A stretch of 64,000 bases of DNA, taken from IMG/VR virus record IMGVR_UViG_3300035698_004085, positions 32,001-96,000 of that record; one strand, 5' to 3'. The position numbers and the translations under genes were made by a program. This DNA comes from a virus. Within the stretch, counting starts at the first letter, position 1. Each line of letters opens with the position of its first letter. Below, one piece after another: positions 40,492 through 50,463 of the stretch. Below the pieces are notes generated by a model that searched no databases, was not told where the DNA came from, and saw only the letters and a list, made by a program, of their open reading frames with translations.

Positions 40492-41178
40492 ATGAGCGGA
40501 TTTAAAGTAAAGATAGACAAGGGGATTGTTCAAGTCGTTAGTGAGGATGATGTACCTGAAACGGACATTATAGATCTTTTAGAGTTTGATGAAGCTCAGA
40601 TGGAAGATCTTTATTTGAACCATGCGGCTACTCAATGTCGGTGGGAGCAAGTAGCTATCAATCTAAAAAACGAGTATGATAGATTCTCAGACAACTTTGA
40701 GAAAAAGTGGTGGGCGCACAATAAGCGTTTCGCCAAGTTAGTGTTAATTGGTTATGGAGAGAAGAAGCCAACGGTTGACGCAATTAAGGATACAGCTCTT
40801 TTAGTATATTCTCAAGATACGTCTGAACATGAACGAGAGAAGTATTTTGATTTAGCTTATAAAAACGGAATGACTGAGAAGGACTTAGAGGGAGGCGGAA
40901 AAGAGCAGTTTAAAAACGAAATGTTTAAATATCTACTAACGGAGCCTGCTTGGTATTTTGAGACAGTACTGGAGACTTCAAAATTAATGGAGAAGCATTT
41001 CTTAACAGTGCAAAATATAGCAAAGAGGTTGGATAGCAGAAGCTACCACATGAAAGAGTTAAAAGACTTGTTAATGGCTAAGAGATCAAACATTGGACCG
41101 ATGACTGAAAAAGAGACGAATAGAACAAAAGAGCTTCAACATATTATGACTGAAGCACATCAAGGAGGACAGAGATAA
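40492..41178 (+). CDS. Hypothetical helical protein, possibly a recombination mediator (UvsY-like)
   Basis: Helical; directly upstream of SSB and RecA. The function is positional inference. Confidence 0.35.
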   Translation: MSGFKVKIDKGIVQVVSEDDVPETDIIDLLEFDEAQMEDLYLNHAATQCRWEQVAINLKNEYDRFSDNFEKKWWAHNKRFAKLVLIGYGEKKPTVDAIKDTALLVYSQDTSEHEREKYFDLAYKNGMTEKDLEGGGKEQFKNEMFKYLLTEPAWYFETVLETSKLMEKHFLTVQNIAKRLDSRSYHMKELKDLLMAKRSNIGPMTEKETNRTKELQHIMTEAHQGGQR

Positions 41179-42578
41179 TGACATACCCAGTACAATTTAA
41201 TATGCCTGTGGGCTTGGACAGTGTTAGCGCACCATCCGATACTTCAATTTATCGGTTTTACAAGCCGTTGCCCCATGAGAAGGGGAAAAAGGAGACTAAT
41301 GAACTGTTTATTCCTTTGTATGACCCTTCGAAGTGGCAGATGTTTAATCCAACGGCTGAAGTCGCTGCTCGATTTGGTCTTACTGGTGTGAATCCTCTTG
41401 CTCCTATTGGTGAGGAACCTGTATTTTATACGTGGTATTTTACTGTTGGCACTCACTCTATTTCAAATTTTAAGCGTAAAGATGGGTCTACCGGGTTTGC
41501 TTCGGTTATTTGTCCTGTTCGGCTAAACGACTATTTGGTACGTGAGTTGGGGCGTCGTCCTCTGTTCAACAATCCTAGATGTGCTCATTGTGAGGCTGAG
41601 AAGAAGGCTTGGGCTACTTTCAACGCTAAACGGGATGCTGTAATGGCTAACTTGGGCATTGACCGTAAGGAGCTTAAGACTGACGGATACAACAAGATTA
41701 TTGATGGAGATCCTGAGCTTTTTGAAAGTCGTAATTATGCTAAGTCTCTTAGGATGGTTGATAAGTACATTCTGAATGTATTTGATGTTGGTAAGCAAAA
41801 GGGTGAGCGCCCTATGGACTTTGACGGAGAAACTCTTGCGTATCAAACGTGGCTGACTCCTAAAGTTGTTGCTGAGGGTCTGATTGAGCTGATGCGAGAA
41901 GAGACTAAGGATGGTATTCCTCAATTCTTTATGCCTTCGGAGGATGGTAGCCTTCAGATCATTAAAGTTATTAAATCGACTGAGCGTTGTGTTACCGATT
42001 GGCGAGATACTTCTTACAACGTGCAAAAAGGTATTCGTAATAAGTTTGATGATGCTACGGCTGCTTATTTGACTAATATGGATGCAATGTCAGATCCTTC
42101 TGACCTTGTTTTAATGCTTCCGTATGAAGAAATGGCTATGTATGCTGGTGGCGATAACGCCGACTACAATACTCCTGTAGCAGCGCCTGTTGTAGCAGCG
42201 CCTGTTGTAGCAGCTCCCGTTGTAGCAGCGCCTGTTGTAGCAGCGCCTGTTGTAGCAGCGCCTGTTGTAGCACCTGTTGTAGCAGCTCCCGTTGTAGCAG
42301 CGCCTGTTGTAGCAGCGCCTGTTGTACCTGTTGCAGCCCCTTTTATCCCAGCCGCAGTACCAGCCGCAGCACCTGTACCAGTTGTACCTGTAATGCCAGT
42401 AACTGCGCCAGTTGTTCCTGCGAGTGTTCCTTTTTTACCTCCTTCGGCACAGCCTAGCGCAGCACCTGTTGCACCCGCTCCTGTTGTTCCTCAAGGACCT
42501 TCACCAACTGTTCCTGGTGTTCCTGATAGAACGCCTCCAGCCGGGTCACCTCCTCCTGGTCAAGTGCATAGTTGGTAA
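41178..42578 (+). CDS. gp32-like single-stranded DNA-binding protein with Pro/Ala/Val tail
   Basis: H...CP...CAHC zinc site; KYILNV; T.Y.V; next to recA. Confidence 0.6.
   Translation: MTYPVQFNMPVGLDSVSAPSDTSIYRFYKPLPHEKGKKETNELFIPLYDPSKWQMFNPTAEVAARFGLTGVNPLAPIGEEPVFYTWYFTVGTHSISNFKRKDGSTGFASVICPVRLNDYLVRELGRRPLFNNPRCAHCEAEKKAWATFNAKRDAVMANLGIDRKELKTDGYNKIIDGDPELFESRNYAKSLRMVDKYILNVFDVGKQKGERPMDFDGETLAYQTWLTPKVVAEGLIELMREETKDGIPQFFMPSEDGSLQIIKVIKSTERCVTDWRDTSYNVQKGIRNKFDDATAAYLTNMDAMSDPSDLVLMLPYEEMAMYAGGDNADYNTPVAAPVVAAPVVAAPVVAAPVVAAPVVAAPVVAPVVAAPVVAAPVVAAPVVPVAAPFIPAAVPAAAPVPVVPVMPVTAPVVPASVPFLPPSAQPSAAPVAPAPVVPQGPSPTVPGVPDRTPPAGSPPPGQVHSW
42174..42330 (+). repeat. 15-bp coding tandem repeat (PVVAA)n
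   Basis: cctgttgtagcagcg units; eight perfect PVVAA peptides plus degenerate copies. Confidence 0.9.
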
Positions 42579-42597
42579 GGCTTTTTGAGGTTCTTTG

Positions 42598-42627
42598 AGG
42601 CTGCGAGTTTAGGCTCGCAGCCTTTCT
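42598..42627 (+). terminator. Hairpin, probable intrinsic terminator (TTAG loop)
   Basis: aggctgcgagt-TTAG-gctcgcagcct followed by ttct. Confidence 0.65.
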
Positions 42628-42655
42628 AGAGTTCCAAAATTCTTAAGGAGAATAA

Positions 42656-43672
42656 ATGGCAAAATCTAAAGTAAAAAAAGAAGATAAGCTTACGCGACTT
42701 GAACAAGTTATGGTTGATTACAATAAAGCTTCTGATGCTGAGGCTCAAATTACTTTATTAACTGATGACGCAATTATTGATAAAAGCGTTAAGCCCTTAC
42801 CTAGTGGTATTTTATCTCTTGATAAAGCTTTGGGCATTGGTGGTTATCCACAAGGAAGAATTGTAGAAGTGTTTGGTCCAGAATCTTCAGGAAAAACCAC
42901 AATAACTCTGCATGCAATTGCTGAGGCTCAGAGATTGGGTGGGATTGCAGCTTTTCTTGATCTCGAACACGCATTGGATCTAGCCTACGCAAAAAGCTTA
43001 GGTGTACAGGTTGATAAACTTCTGTTCTCACAGCCAAATTCGGGTGAGAGTGCTTTATCCGCCGTATCAACCCTAGCTAATATTTTGACTGCTGGGGATA
43101 TTATTGTAGTTGATTCTGTTTCAGCTTTGACGCCTCAAAAAGAGCTGGATGGGGAAATTGGTGATCAATTTATGGGGTTGCAGGCACGATTGATGTCTCA
43201 GGCAATGAGGATGCTTGTGGGTTCTATTAGTAAATCAGGCGTCATTGTGATGTTCGTGAATCAAATCAGAATGAAATTGAACGTTACGTATGGCTCTCCT
43301 GAGACAACTTCTGGAGGAAACGCACTTAAGTTCTCTGCCTCAGTGAGGTTAGATGTGCGGCGAACAGGATCTAACAAAAAGGGTGAAGAAATCATTAACA
43401 ATAAAACTAAAATTAAAGTTGTAAAAAACAAGGTAGCTCCACCTTTTAAGGAGGCACATACGATTATCAAGTTTGGAGAGGGGGTTCCTAGATCTTCAGA
43501 TGTTCTTAAGCTGGCGATTGACAACGGAATTGCTTCAAAGACTGGAGCATGGTTCAACTATGGTGATATAAAATTAGGACATGGTGAACCCGGAGCTGCC
43601 GATTTCCTTAAGGAGAATCCTGAATTATTGGACGAGATTGAAGCCAAAGTTAAGAAAGAATTAGGGATTTAA
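42656..43672 (+). CDS. recA: RecA recombinase
   Basis: GPESSGKTT; DLEHALD; VVDSVSAL; QARLMSQA; NQIRMK; GGNALKF; KNKVAPP. Confidence 0.98.
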   Translation: MAKSKVKKEDKLTRLEQVMVDYNKASDAEAQITLLTDDAIIDKSVKPLPSGILSLDKALGIGGYPQGRIVEVFGPESSGKTTITLHAIAEAQRLGGIAAFLDLEHALDLAYAKSLGVQVDKLLFSQPNSGESALSAVSTLANILTAGDIIVVDSVSALTPQKELDGEIGDQFMGLQARLMSQAMRMLVGSISKSGVIVMFVNQIRMKLNVTYGSPETTSGGNALKFSASVRLDVRRTGSNKKGEEIINNKTKIKVVKNKVAPPFKEAHTIIKFGEGVPRSSDVLKLAIDNGIASKTGAWFNYGDIKLGHGEPGAADFLKENPELLDEIEAKVKKELGI

Positions 43673-43674
43673 GT

Positions 43675-44955
43675 ATGTTTGGTAAAGTTTTACACGGTGA
43701 TTGTATAGATGTTTTAAAAACTCTTGAGGATAACTCAGTAGACTCAGTAATTACAGATCCGCCTTATGGATTAAGTAAGGCTCCTGATATTGCTGAGGTT
43801 ATGAAGCATTGGATAGCGGGCACTAAGTACGACCACGCTTCTAATGGTTTTATGGGCAAGTCTTGGGATAGTTTTGTTCCAAATCCTGATATTTGGAAAG
43901 AGGTTTATAGGGTTCTGAAGCCTGGGGGTTTTGCTTTAGTCTTCGCGGGAAGTAGAACTCAGGATTTGATGGGTATTAGTCTAAGATTTGCAGGTTTTGA
44001 GATAAGAGATTGTCTTCAATGGCTGTACGGTTCTGGGTTTCCGAAATCTTACAACATCTCCAAGGGGGTTGATAAGGCGGCGGGGGTTGGAAGGGAAGTT
44101 GTGGGGACAAGACAGCACCCTACGCTTAAAGATACTAGTAAAATAGATCGTCATGGAAGCCAACAATTTCATGGGGATAATACAATTAGTGATGAGTGGA
44201 ACATCACAGCCCCCGCCACCGAAGAAGCTAAACAATGGGATGGTTGGGGAACTGCGCTTAAGCCAGCTTATGAGCCTATTATCGTTGCTATGAAACCTAT
44301 TGAGAAAACTTATGCTAATAATGCTCTAACCCACGGAGTGTCAGGGCTAAATATTGATGGGTGTAGGGTCGGCGTAGGCGAGAAAGTTCCCGGGGGCGGC
44401 AAGTCAAAAAGAGGTGAGCATGGAGGCGTAGTGTACGGAGATGGCGAAGCGCCTCAAAACGCAAAACCTCACACGAACGGTCGTTTCCCCGCCAACGTAA
44501 TTCACGACGGATCGGATGAAGTGATCGCGGGGTTTCCGTATACGACAAGCGGGGGCGGGGTGAAAAACCCGGTTGGTTCTAATGTCTACGGTGGAAATGC
44601 CTTACTCCCTTCAAAAACAAAGGGTGACGGGGCTTATTGTCCCCCCAGCAAAGGCTCCGCGTCCCGCTTCTTTTATTGTGCTAAGGCTACCAAGTCAGAG
44701 AGAAATGCAGCTATAGAGAATAAGCACCCTACAGTAAAGCCCTTAAAACTAATGGAGTATTTATGTACTCTAACTAAAACTCCTACAGGTGGAGTTGTAC
44801 TAGATCCTTTTGCAGGAAGTGGAACAACTGGAGTAGCTTGTGTAAGAACGGATAGGAGCTTTATTCTTATTGAAAGAGACGAAGAGTCTTATAAAATAGC
44901 GGATAAAAGAATAACACATGAGATTTCTGAAAAGAAAAGTAAATTAGAGATTTAA
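43675..44955 (+). CDS. DNA amino-methyltransferase (N6A/N4C, beta class)
   Basis: TDPPY at the N-terminus; HPTVKP; LDPFAGSGTTG at the C-terminus. Confidence 0.92.
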   Translation: MFGKVLHGDCIDVLKTLEDNSVDSVITDPPYGLSKAPDIAEVMKHWIAGTKYDHASNGFMGKSWDSFVPNPDIWKEVYRVLKPGGFALVFAGSRTQDLMGISLRFAGFEIRDCLQWLYGSGFPKSYNISKGVDKAAGVGREVVGTRQHPTLKDTSKIDRHGSQQFHGDNTISDEWNITAPATEEAKQWDGWGTALKPAYEPIIVAMKPIEKTYANNALTHGVSGLNIDGCRVGVGEKVPGGGKSKRGEHGGVVYGDGEAPQNAKPHTNGRFPANVIHDGSDEVIAGFPYTTSGGGVKNPVGSNVYGGNALLPSKTKGDGAYCPPSKGSASRFFYCAKATKSERNAAIENKHPTVKPLKLMEYLCTLTKTPTGGVVLDPFAGSGTTGVACVRTDRSFILIERDEESYKIADKRITHEISEKKSKLEI

Positions 44956-44982
44956 GTATGTTTCAAAGGAGGAACTAGGCTT

Positions 44983-46083
44983 ATGGAACTTTATAAATTT
45001 ATTGTGTGGGCTGACTCGCACTGGGATAAGTTTGGGGCAAAATGTGTAACCCTTGATGATACTGACGTAGTAGAGCGTGCTATTTTCAAAAGGGCTAAAG
45101 AAGGAGGATTTGACTTCACCCTTTTTGCTGGTGATAGGTACCTCAAACGAGAGCCAGATGATGAAACTAAGGTAAGAGCAGATCGCGTAATCTTTGATTT
45201 GGTACATCCTGGTAATATCCCGCATTATCATCTTATTGGTAATCATGACTGGGTAAATAACACGATGCGCTGGCATACAGCAGAGTCTATGAAGCTATTC
45301 AACAATGTTCATGTAATGGATGAGGCTAAGACTCATTTGTTCAAGAATGTTAGAATTCACGCTTTACCAGCAGACTTTGAGTTTGATCTTAACAAGTTTC
45401 AAACAGATCCTTCTTGTTTAAACTTGTTTGTATTTCACGATATGCTTAGGGGGGCTTCTTTTAACGAAGAGAATACCGTTCTTATTGAAACGGGTATTGA
45501 ATCTGCGGCAATTGATCTTCCTCAATTTGATGTTGTGTTTGCTGGTGATATTCATATTAGGCAGCAGTTTAACCTTACTCATACCTTCGGAGGTTATCTA
45601 GGATCTGTAACGCAAAGGAACAGGGGAGACTCTAACATTGAAAGAGGCTGGACAGAAGTTACGGCAACTCGTAATTCTCCTAATACTAAGTGGTCTTTTG
45701 AGACTAGATTTGTTCCTACGCGAAACCTCTTTACCAGGGTAGCTTTCAATATTCAGGATGACACTTTGTTTGAGTCTATTCAAATTCCTGAAGAAGACAT
45801 GCTTGACCAGCTCGTTGAGGTCAAGTTAGCCGGTTCAAAGGCTAACGTAGACCGGATAGCTGATGATCCTAGATGGAAAAAGATGGAGAAGCAGTATAAG
45901 GCGCGTCTTATTGATATTCTTAGGGCGTATGAGGTTCAACAGTCTGACGTAGTAGTTGACTTAACCTCTTCTAACAGTATTTATAACGATGCTGAGCTTT
46001 ATCTGCAGAGTTCTTTTGCGAGCCTTGGTAGGTTAAAGGCAGACCAAATTATGGATGCGCTGAGAAAGATGAGGGAGGAATAA
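44983..46083 (+). CDS. sbcD: SbcD/Mre11-like nuclease
   Basis: DSH, AGD, GNHD, FH, GDIH metallophosphoesterase motifs. Confidence 0.85.
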   Translation: MELYKFIVWADSHWDKFGAKCVTLDDTDVVERAIFKRAKEGGFDFTLFAGDRYLKREPDDETKVRADRVIFDLVHPGNIPHYHLIGNHDWVNNTMRWHTAESMKLFNNVHVMDEAKTHLFKNVRIHALPADFEFDLNKFQTDPSCLNLFVFHDMLRGASFNEENTVLIETGIESAAIDLPQFDVVFAGDIHIRQQFNLTHTFGGYLGSVTQRNRGDSNIERGWTEVTATRNSPNTKWSFETRFVPTRNLFTRVAFNIQDDTLFESIQIPEEDMLDQLVEVKLAGSKANVDRIADDPRWKKMEKQYKARLIDILRAYEVQQSDVVVDLTSSNSIYNDAELYLQSSFASLGRLKADQIMDALRKMREE

Positions 46084-46087
46084 ACCG

Positions 46088-46270
46088 ATGAAGTTAGTAA
46101 ATTATAGATGCGCTAAGTGCGGTAAGGAATTTGAAGAGATTTTTAATGACACCGAAGACCAGCCTGAAGAGCTTCCAGGCAAGTGTAAGGATTGTGAAGG
46201 AAAAGTTGTTAAAACGTGGAATATTAAGTCGAACGCTCATGCGTGGAGATGGAACGATAACAGCTTATAA
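46088..46270 (+). CDS. FmdB-like zinc-ribbon protein
   Basis: YRCAKCGKEFE...CKDCEG. Confidence 0.75.
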   Translation: MKLVNYRCAKCGKEFEEIFNDTEDQPEELPGKCKDCEGKVVKTWNIKSNAHAWRWNDNSL

Positions 46271-46281
46271 GGAGATTTAGT

Positions 46282-48591
46282 ATGGCTGACCTGTTAAATA
46301 TTTATTCTGTTAACCCTACTGGAATGTTTAGTTTCGGTAGGTGCGCTGACTATGTACTCAGAAATAAAGGAATGGTTCACCTTTTAGGGCATAACGCCGA
46401 TAAAGGCGGAGACTCTAACGGATCTGGTAAGTCTTCTTTGTTCAATGCCCTATGTGAAGTTCTTTTTGGGGAGAATCCTACTGGAGAAAAGGGAGACTCA
46501 ATAGTAAACTCTGTGTGGGATAAGGGGATGGCTGGTAGAGTTCTGTTCACAAATTGGCAGGGTGACCATTATCGAGTTACTTATTGTCGTAAATGGAAAG
46601 AACAGTTTTATCCTTCTGATGTTGTAGCAGCTGACGGAAGTCATATTGCTTATGTAGGAACTTCTATTTTCTTTGAGAAGCACGAGAACGGAGTTTGGAT
46701 TGACCAGCGCGGAAACGGGATGCCAGATACTAGAAAGAAGATTTTAGAGACTATTGGTCTTTCTTATGATCGGTTCCTGGCAATTGCTTATATGAGTCCT
46801 AGAATTGGTGACCAGTTCTTGAGAGGGACTAATAAAGATCGTATGGATATTCTCTCAGGAATTACAGGCATTGAAGAGTGGGATAGAATTCTGGATAGAT
46901 GCCGTAAGAAAAAGAAGTCTTTAGGTCTTCAAATAACCGATCTTGATAAGAAGGCAGAACGTGAGAGAGGGGCTGTAGAGACTCTTAGAGAGCAGTTACA
47001 GAGCGCTCAAGCCTTTGACTGGGATCAACACATAAAGAGCTTAGAAGAGCAGCTACGCCAATCTAGGGGTGCTTGGGCTATTGCTAACAAGAACAGTCAA
47101 GCTTTAAGTGCTCAAATTACCGCATTAGAGGTTGAGCAATCTAATTCGTATGATCAAGAAAAGATTGTTAAGCTCAATAAGAAGATTGAGGAATTGACTG
47201 AGGAGCTGAGAAAGAATGAACTAGTTCTTTCAAGACCTGTTAATATTGAGGAAGACTCTAACCTAAGATTGACTTTGAATGGCGTTGTTACTCAGTTAAG
47301 TCAGGCTCAGTTTGCTTATACTAATAAACAGTCTGAAGGAGTTGTTTCAAATCCTCCTGTAGACAAAAAGTTGGAAGATGCGGTTACTGAGGCTAACGCG
47401 GGAAGGGATAAGTCTCAAGGTGCTTTAGGGGCACTGTTAGGTGAGTCTGGAGATCTTTTGAGCATGAAGGACTGCCCAACTTGCGGTAGTAGGGTTACTA
47501 AGGTTAAAAAAGATAAGATTCAAGAGAAGATAGATGGTCTTCAGGATGAGGTTGCTGCTTATGAGGGAGCGGCGAGTTTGGCTAGTGAGGTTGTTAAAGT
47601 TGCCAGGGATAAAATGGTTTCTGATCTTGAGAATCGCCGACAGCTAGAAATGGTAGATCTCCAAGTCAAGATTAAAGAGTTAGAAGCCAATAAATGCACA
47701 TGGGAATCTGCCCTTCAAGAAGATAAGTCTGCAAAACTAGTTAAAGCTGATGAGAATAGAGCTGAAGTAACCTTAGTCGTTACAGGACTACGTAACAAGA
47801 TTCAAGGGATTAGGGATGACATTCAAAAGGAGAGTGAAGTCTACCAACAATTTGATGCAACCCTAAAAGAACATCAAAGTCGGTTACCTGCTTTTCAACA
47901 AGAGATGAATGACCATCAAGCAGCTGGGGTTAATGTACAGGCTCAGGTTGACCAAGCTAACGTAAGTTTAGAGAATATTAAAGTCTTGGAATCCCAAATT
48001 AAAGAAAAGGGAAGGGAAGTTAAGTTCTTTGACGATGAGATTTTGCAAGTTAGAAATGATTTGTCTGTCTATTTATGGCTGATTGATAACATTCCTGCTA
48101 TTAAGCTGCATAAGATGTCTGTAGCAATGGCTGAGATCTCTGATTTAGCCAATAGTTATTTTAGTGACATGGGAGATTCTTTACGGGTTAGCATTACTTC
48201 TTTCGAGGAGAAAACCAAGAAAAAGAACGCTGCTGACATTAAAGACCTTATGAAGTCAGAGGTAAATATTGAGGTTACTGACGGAATTAAGAATATCTCG
48301 CCTAAGCTCTATTCAGACGGAGAGGTTGGTAGGATCTCTTTAGCGATTATTAGGGCTTTGCACGAAATGGCTCGAAAGTCTGGTCAAGGTTGTAATTTAA
48401 TGCTTATGGACGAGATCTTCTCGTTTGTAGATATGAATAATAGTCAACGAATTGCTGACTTCTTTAGTAAGTTAATGAAGCGAGGAACTGTGGTTGTTAC
48501 GGATAACTCAGGAAAGGTTAATGACTTGTTGAAGTTTGATAACGTTTGGACGGTAACCAAAACTAATGGACAATCGGTACTGGAGGTATAA
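46282..48591 (+). CDS. sbcC: SbcC/Rad50-like SMC ATPase
   Basis: NGSGKSS; coiled coils; CPTCG zinc hook; YSDGE signature; LMDE. Confidence 0.9.
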   Translation: MADLLNIYSVNPTGMFSFGRCADYVLRNKGMVHLLGHNADKGGDSNGSGKSSLFNALCEVLFGENPTGEKGDSIVNSVWDKGMAGRVLFTNWQGDHYRVTYCRKWKEQFYPSDVVAADGSHIAYVGTSIFFEKHENGVWIDQRGNGMPDTRKKILETIGLSYDRFLAIAYMSPRIGDQFLRGTNKDRMDILSGITGIEEWDRILDRCRKKKKSLGLQITDLDKKAERERGAVETLREQLQSAQAFDWDQHIKSLEEQLRQSRGAWAIANKNSQALSAQITALEVEQSNSYDQEKIVKLNKKIEELTEELRKNELVLSRPVNIEEDSNLRLTLNGVVTQLSQAQFAYTNKQSEGVVSNPPVDKKLEDAVTEANAGRDKSQGALGALLGESGDLLSMKDCPTCGSRVTKVKKDKIQEKIDGLQDEVAAYEGAASLASEVVKVARDKMVSDLENRRQLEMVDLQVKIKELEANKCTWESALQEDKSAKLVKADENRAEVTLVVTGLRNKIQGIRDDIQKESEVYQQFDATLKEHQSRLPAFQQEMNDHQAAGVNVQAQVDQANVSLENIKVLESQIKEKGREVKFFDDEILQVRNDLSVYLWLIDNIPAIKLHKMSVAMAEISDLANSYFSDMGDSLRVSITSFEEKTKKKNAADIKDLMKSEVNIEVTDGIKNISPKLYSDGEVGRISLAIIRALHEMARKSGQGCNLMLMDEIFSFVDMNNSQRIADFFSKLMKRGTVVVTDNSGKVNDLLKFDNVWTVTKTNGQSVLEV

Positions 48592-48593
48592 GG

Positions 48594-48818
48594 ATGATTA
48601 AAAAAGGTGATAGAATAAAGATAGTGTCTGATGGTACGATAGAAGGTACTAAAGTTCTTAATTCTGATGGAGAGCTTATACCTAGAGTTCAGAAGTTGAC
48701 GGTTTCATTATCCGCTATTGATACTATTCCTAAAGCAAACTTAACTATTCTTATTCCTGAACTGGAATTGACAAATGTAGAAGTGACCGAAGTTGAAGAA
48801 GTTAAAATGGAGGTATAA
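48594..48818 (+). CDS. Hypothetical protein
   Basis: 74-aa ORF tiling the operon. Confidence 0.55.
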   Translation: MIKKGDRIKIVSDGTIEGTKVLNSDGELIPRVQKLTVSLSAIDTIPKANLTILIPELELTNVEVTEVEEVKMEV

Positions 48819-48821
48819 ATA

Positions 48822-49403
48822 ATGGACGATGTCCTAAAAAGAAGAATGGAAAGATTCGATAACGTAGAGGAAGAGATTTCAGATGAGGTTACTAGCCCTT
48901 TAACTAGTCAGCACCCATCTCATATTCTTCAAGCCTCTGCAGGGATGTGCGGGATTGAAGAGCCTGCTAACGATGAAGAAGATGCTACTGCGTCAATGGG
49001 GTTAGTACAGAATCCTTTTTCTAAGGATGAGTCTCCAATGGTTTTGCTGAGGAGTGAGGGAGTTGAATACCTGGGAGGCTTTGGTGGAGATTATGATGAT
49101 GGAAGTATAGAGGTTATCTACCCTATGCGCTATATTGAGCAAATGGGTCCTCCTACAACTCCAGAAGCTGGTCCAGAACTTATGGTAGGCGCTCAAAAGG
49201 TGTTCTTAGCATTGTCTATTCCATCTTCTATGAAGTTTTCGTATAGTTACCTTTACTTTTTGCCTGCTGACACTCAAACCTCTAAAGAGGTTGTTTCTCT
49301 CTATGAAAGCGCTGTTAAATCTGCAATGGCTGGTGATTCTAACTTGGAGGCTCCTTCTGCTAAAGATGTATTAGCTTATGGCAGGGGAAATGACTCGCAA
49401 TAG
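48822..49403 (+). CDS. Hypothetical protein
   Basis: 193 aa with GGAGG RBS. Confidence 0.55.
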   Translation: MDDVLKRRMERFDNVEEEISDEVTSPLTSQHPSHILQASAGMCGIEEPANDEEDATASMGLVQNPFSKDESPMVLLRSEGVEYLGGFGGDYDDGSIEVIYPMRYIEQMGPPTTPEAGPELMVGAQKVFLALSIPSSMKFSYSYLYFLPADTQTSKEVVSLYESAVKSAMAGDSNLEAPSAKDVLAYGRGNDSQ

Positions 49404-49608
49404 AAGGGAAGAAAAGCCTAATTATAGAATAATGTTTTCTCGTGATGTTGAGAGAAACGATGTTAGACTATTAAATGGGTGTTTCTCAGGAAAATGGCTG
49501 AGAGAACTGTGGGCTGAGAGTCGTGAAGCAAAGGACTATATCTACAAGTATATCTCAACTGATTTGGACCCATTTTTACAAAGCATTTTAAAGTCTTTGT
49601 TGTGTTAG
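49378..49608 (+). CDS. Hypothetical protein
   Basis: 76-aa ORF; start may be 49390. Confidence 0.45.
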   Translation: MAGEMTRNRREEKPNYRIMFSRDVERNDVRLLNGCFSGKWLRELWAESREAKDYIYKYISTDLDPFLQSILKSLLC

Positions 49609-49617
49609 GAGTTTTGG

Positions 49618-50172
49618 ATGTCTGAAGATTTCGAAAGAGTGGTTATGGCAATAGATCCTTCTTTAACAGGATTTGCTATTGTTATTATCGGCGATACTGG
49701 AGTAATATTTTATAAGGAAATGTCTACAAAACCCGCTAAGACGCTTAAAAGCAGGTTTGCTAGGTATCAAAAGCTTGTTGACTTCGCTAAGGAGGCTAAT
49801 ACTACCTATCAACCAGACATTATCTTAATTGAGGGATATTCTTACGGGTCAAAAGGAAGATCTGTTATCTCGTTAGGGGAGCTTGGAGGAGTTTTAAGAG
49901 AAACTTTATTGTCTGATGCTAATCTTCCGCAATTTGTAGAAGTTCCACCAACAACTTTGAAGAAGTTTATTACAGGAAAAGGCAATGCTTCAAAAATAGT
50001 TGTTGCAACTTCCTTAGCAAAGAGGTATAATATGGCGTTTGAATCTGACAATCATGCCGACGCTTACGGGCTGGCAAGGATGGGTAGGTGCGTTATTGGA
50101 GCTGAAAAGTGCGAGACAAAAGCTCAGCAAGAAGCCGTAGACGTTGTTCTAAAAACATTGGGAGAAGGATAA
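49618..50172 (+). CDS. ruvC: RuvC-like Holliday junction resolvase
   Basis: AIDPSLTGF; IEG; LKKFITGKGNASK; DNHADA. Confidence 0.9.
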   Translation: MSEDFERVVMAIDPSLTGFAIVIIGDTGVIFYKEMSTKPAKTLKSRFARYQKLVDFAKEANTTYQPDIILIEGYSYGSKGRSVISLGELGGVLRETLLSDANLPQFVEVPPTTLKKFITGKGNASKIVVATSLAKRYNMAFESDNHADAYGLARMGRCVIGAEKCETKAQQEAVDVVLKTLGEG

Positions 50173-50175
50173 AGA

Positions 50176-50460
50176 ATGGAGACATTTAAGACATTAGATA
50201 TTGGAGTGGTTAACTCCCTAAAAGAAGGTAAGGATATTGACCTTATTGATATTAGTCAAGATCTGATGGGAGACGTTATTAGGCATATGGCTATGGACGT
50301 TGAGCCTAGTCTGGAGTATGAGTTTATTATTAAAGGATTGATAGGATCGTTCGGTAGATCAAGCATTGAACTAAGAATTAATAAACGTCTAAAACCTGGA
50401 TCTATTAGGTTTCTAAAAGATAGTAAAGTAATAATTAGAGCGCAAAAACAGGAGGAATAG
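50176..50460 (+). CDS. Hypothetical protein
   Basis: 94-aa ORF tiling the operon. Confidence 0.55.
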   Translation: METFKTLDIGVVNSLKEGKDIDLIDISQDLMGDVIRHMAMDVEPSLEYEFIIKGLIGSFGRSSIELRINKRLKPGSIRFLKDSKVIIRAQKQEE

Positions 50461-50463
50461 AAA

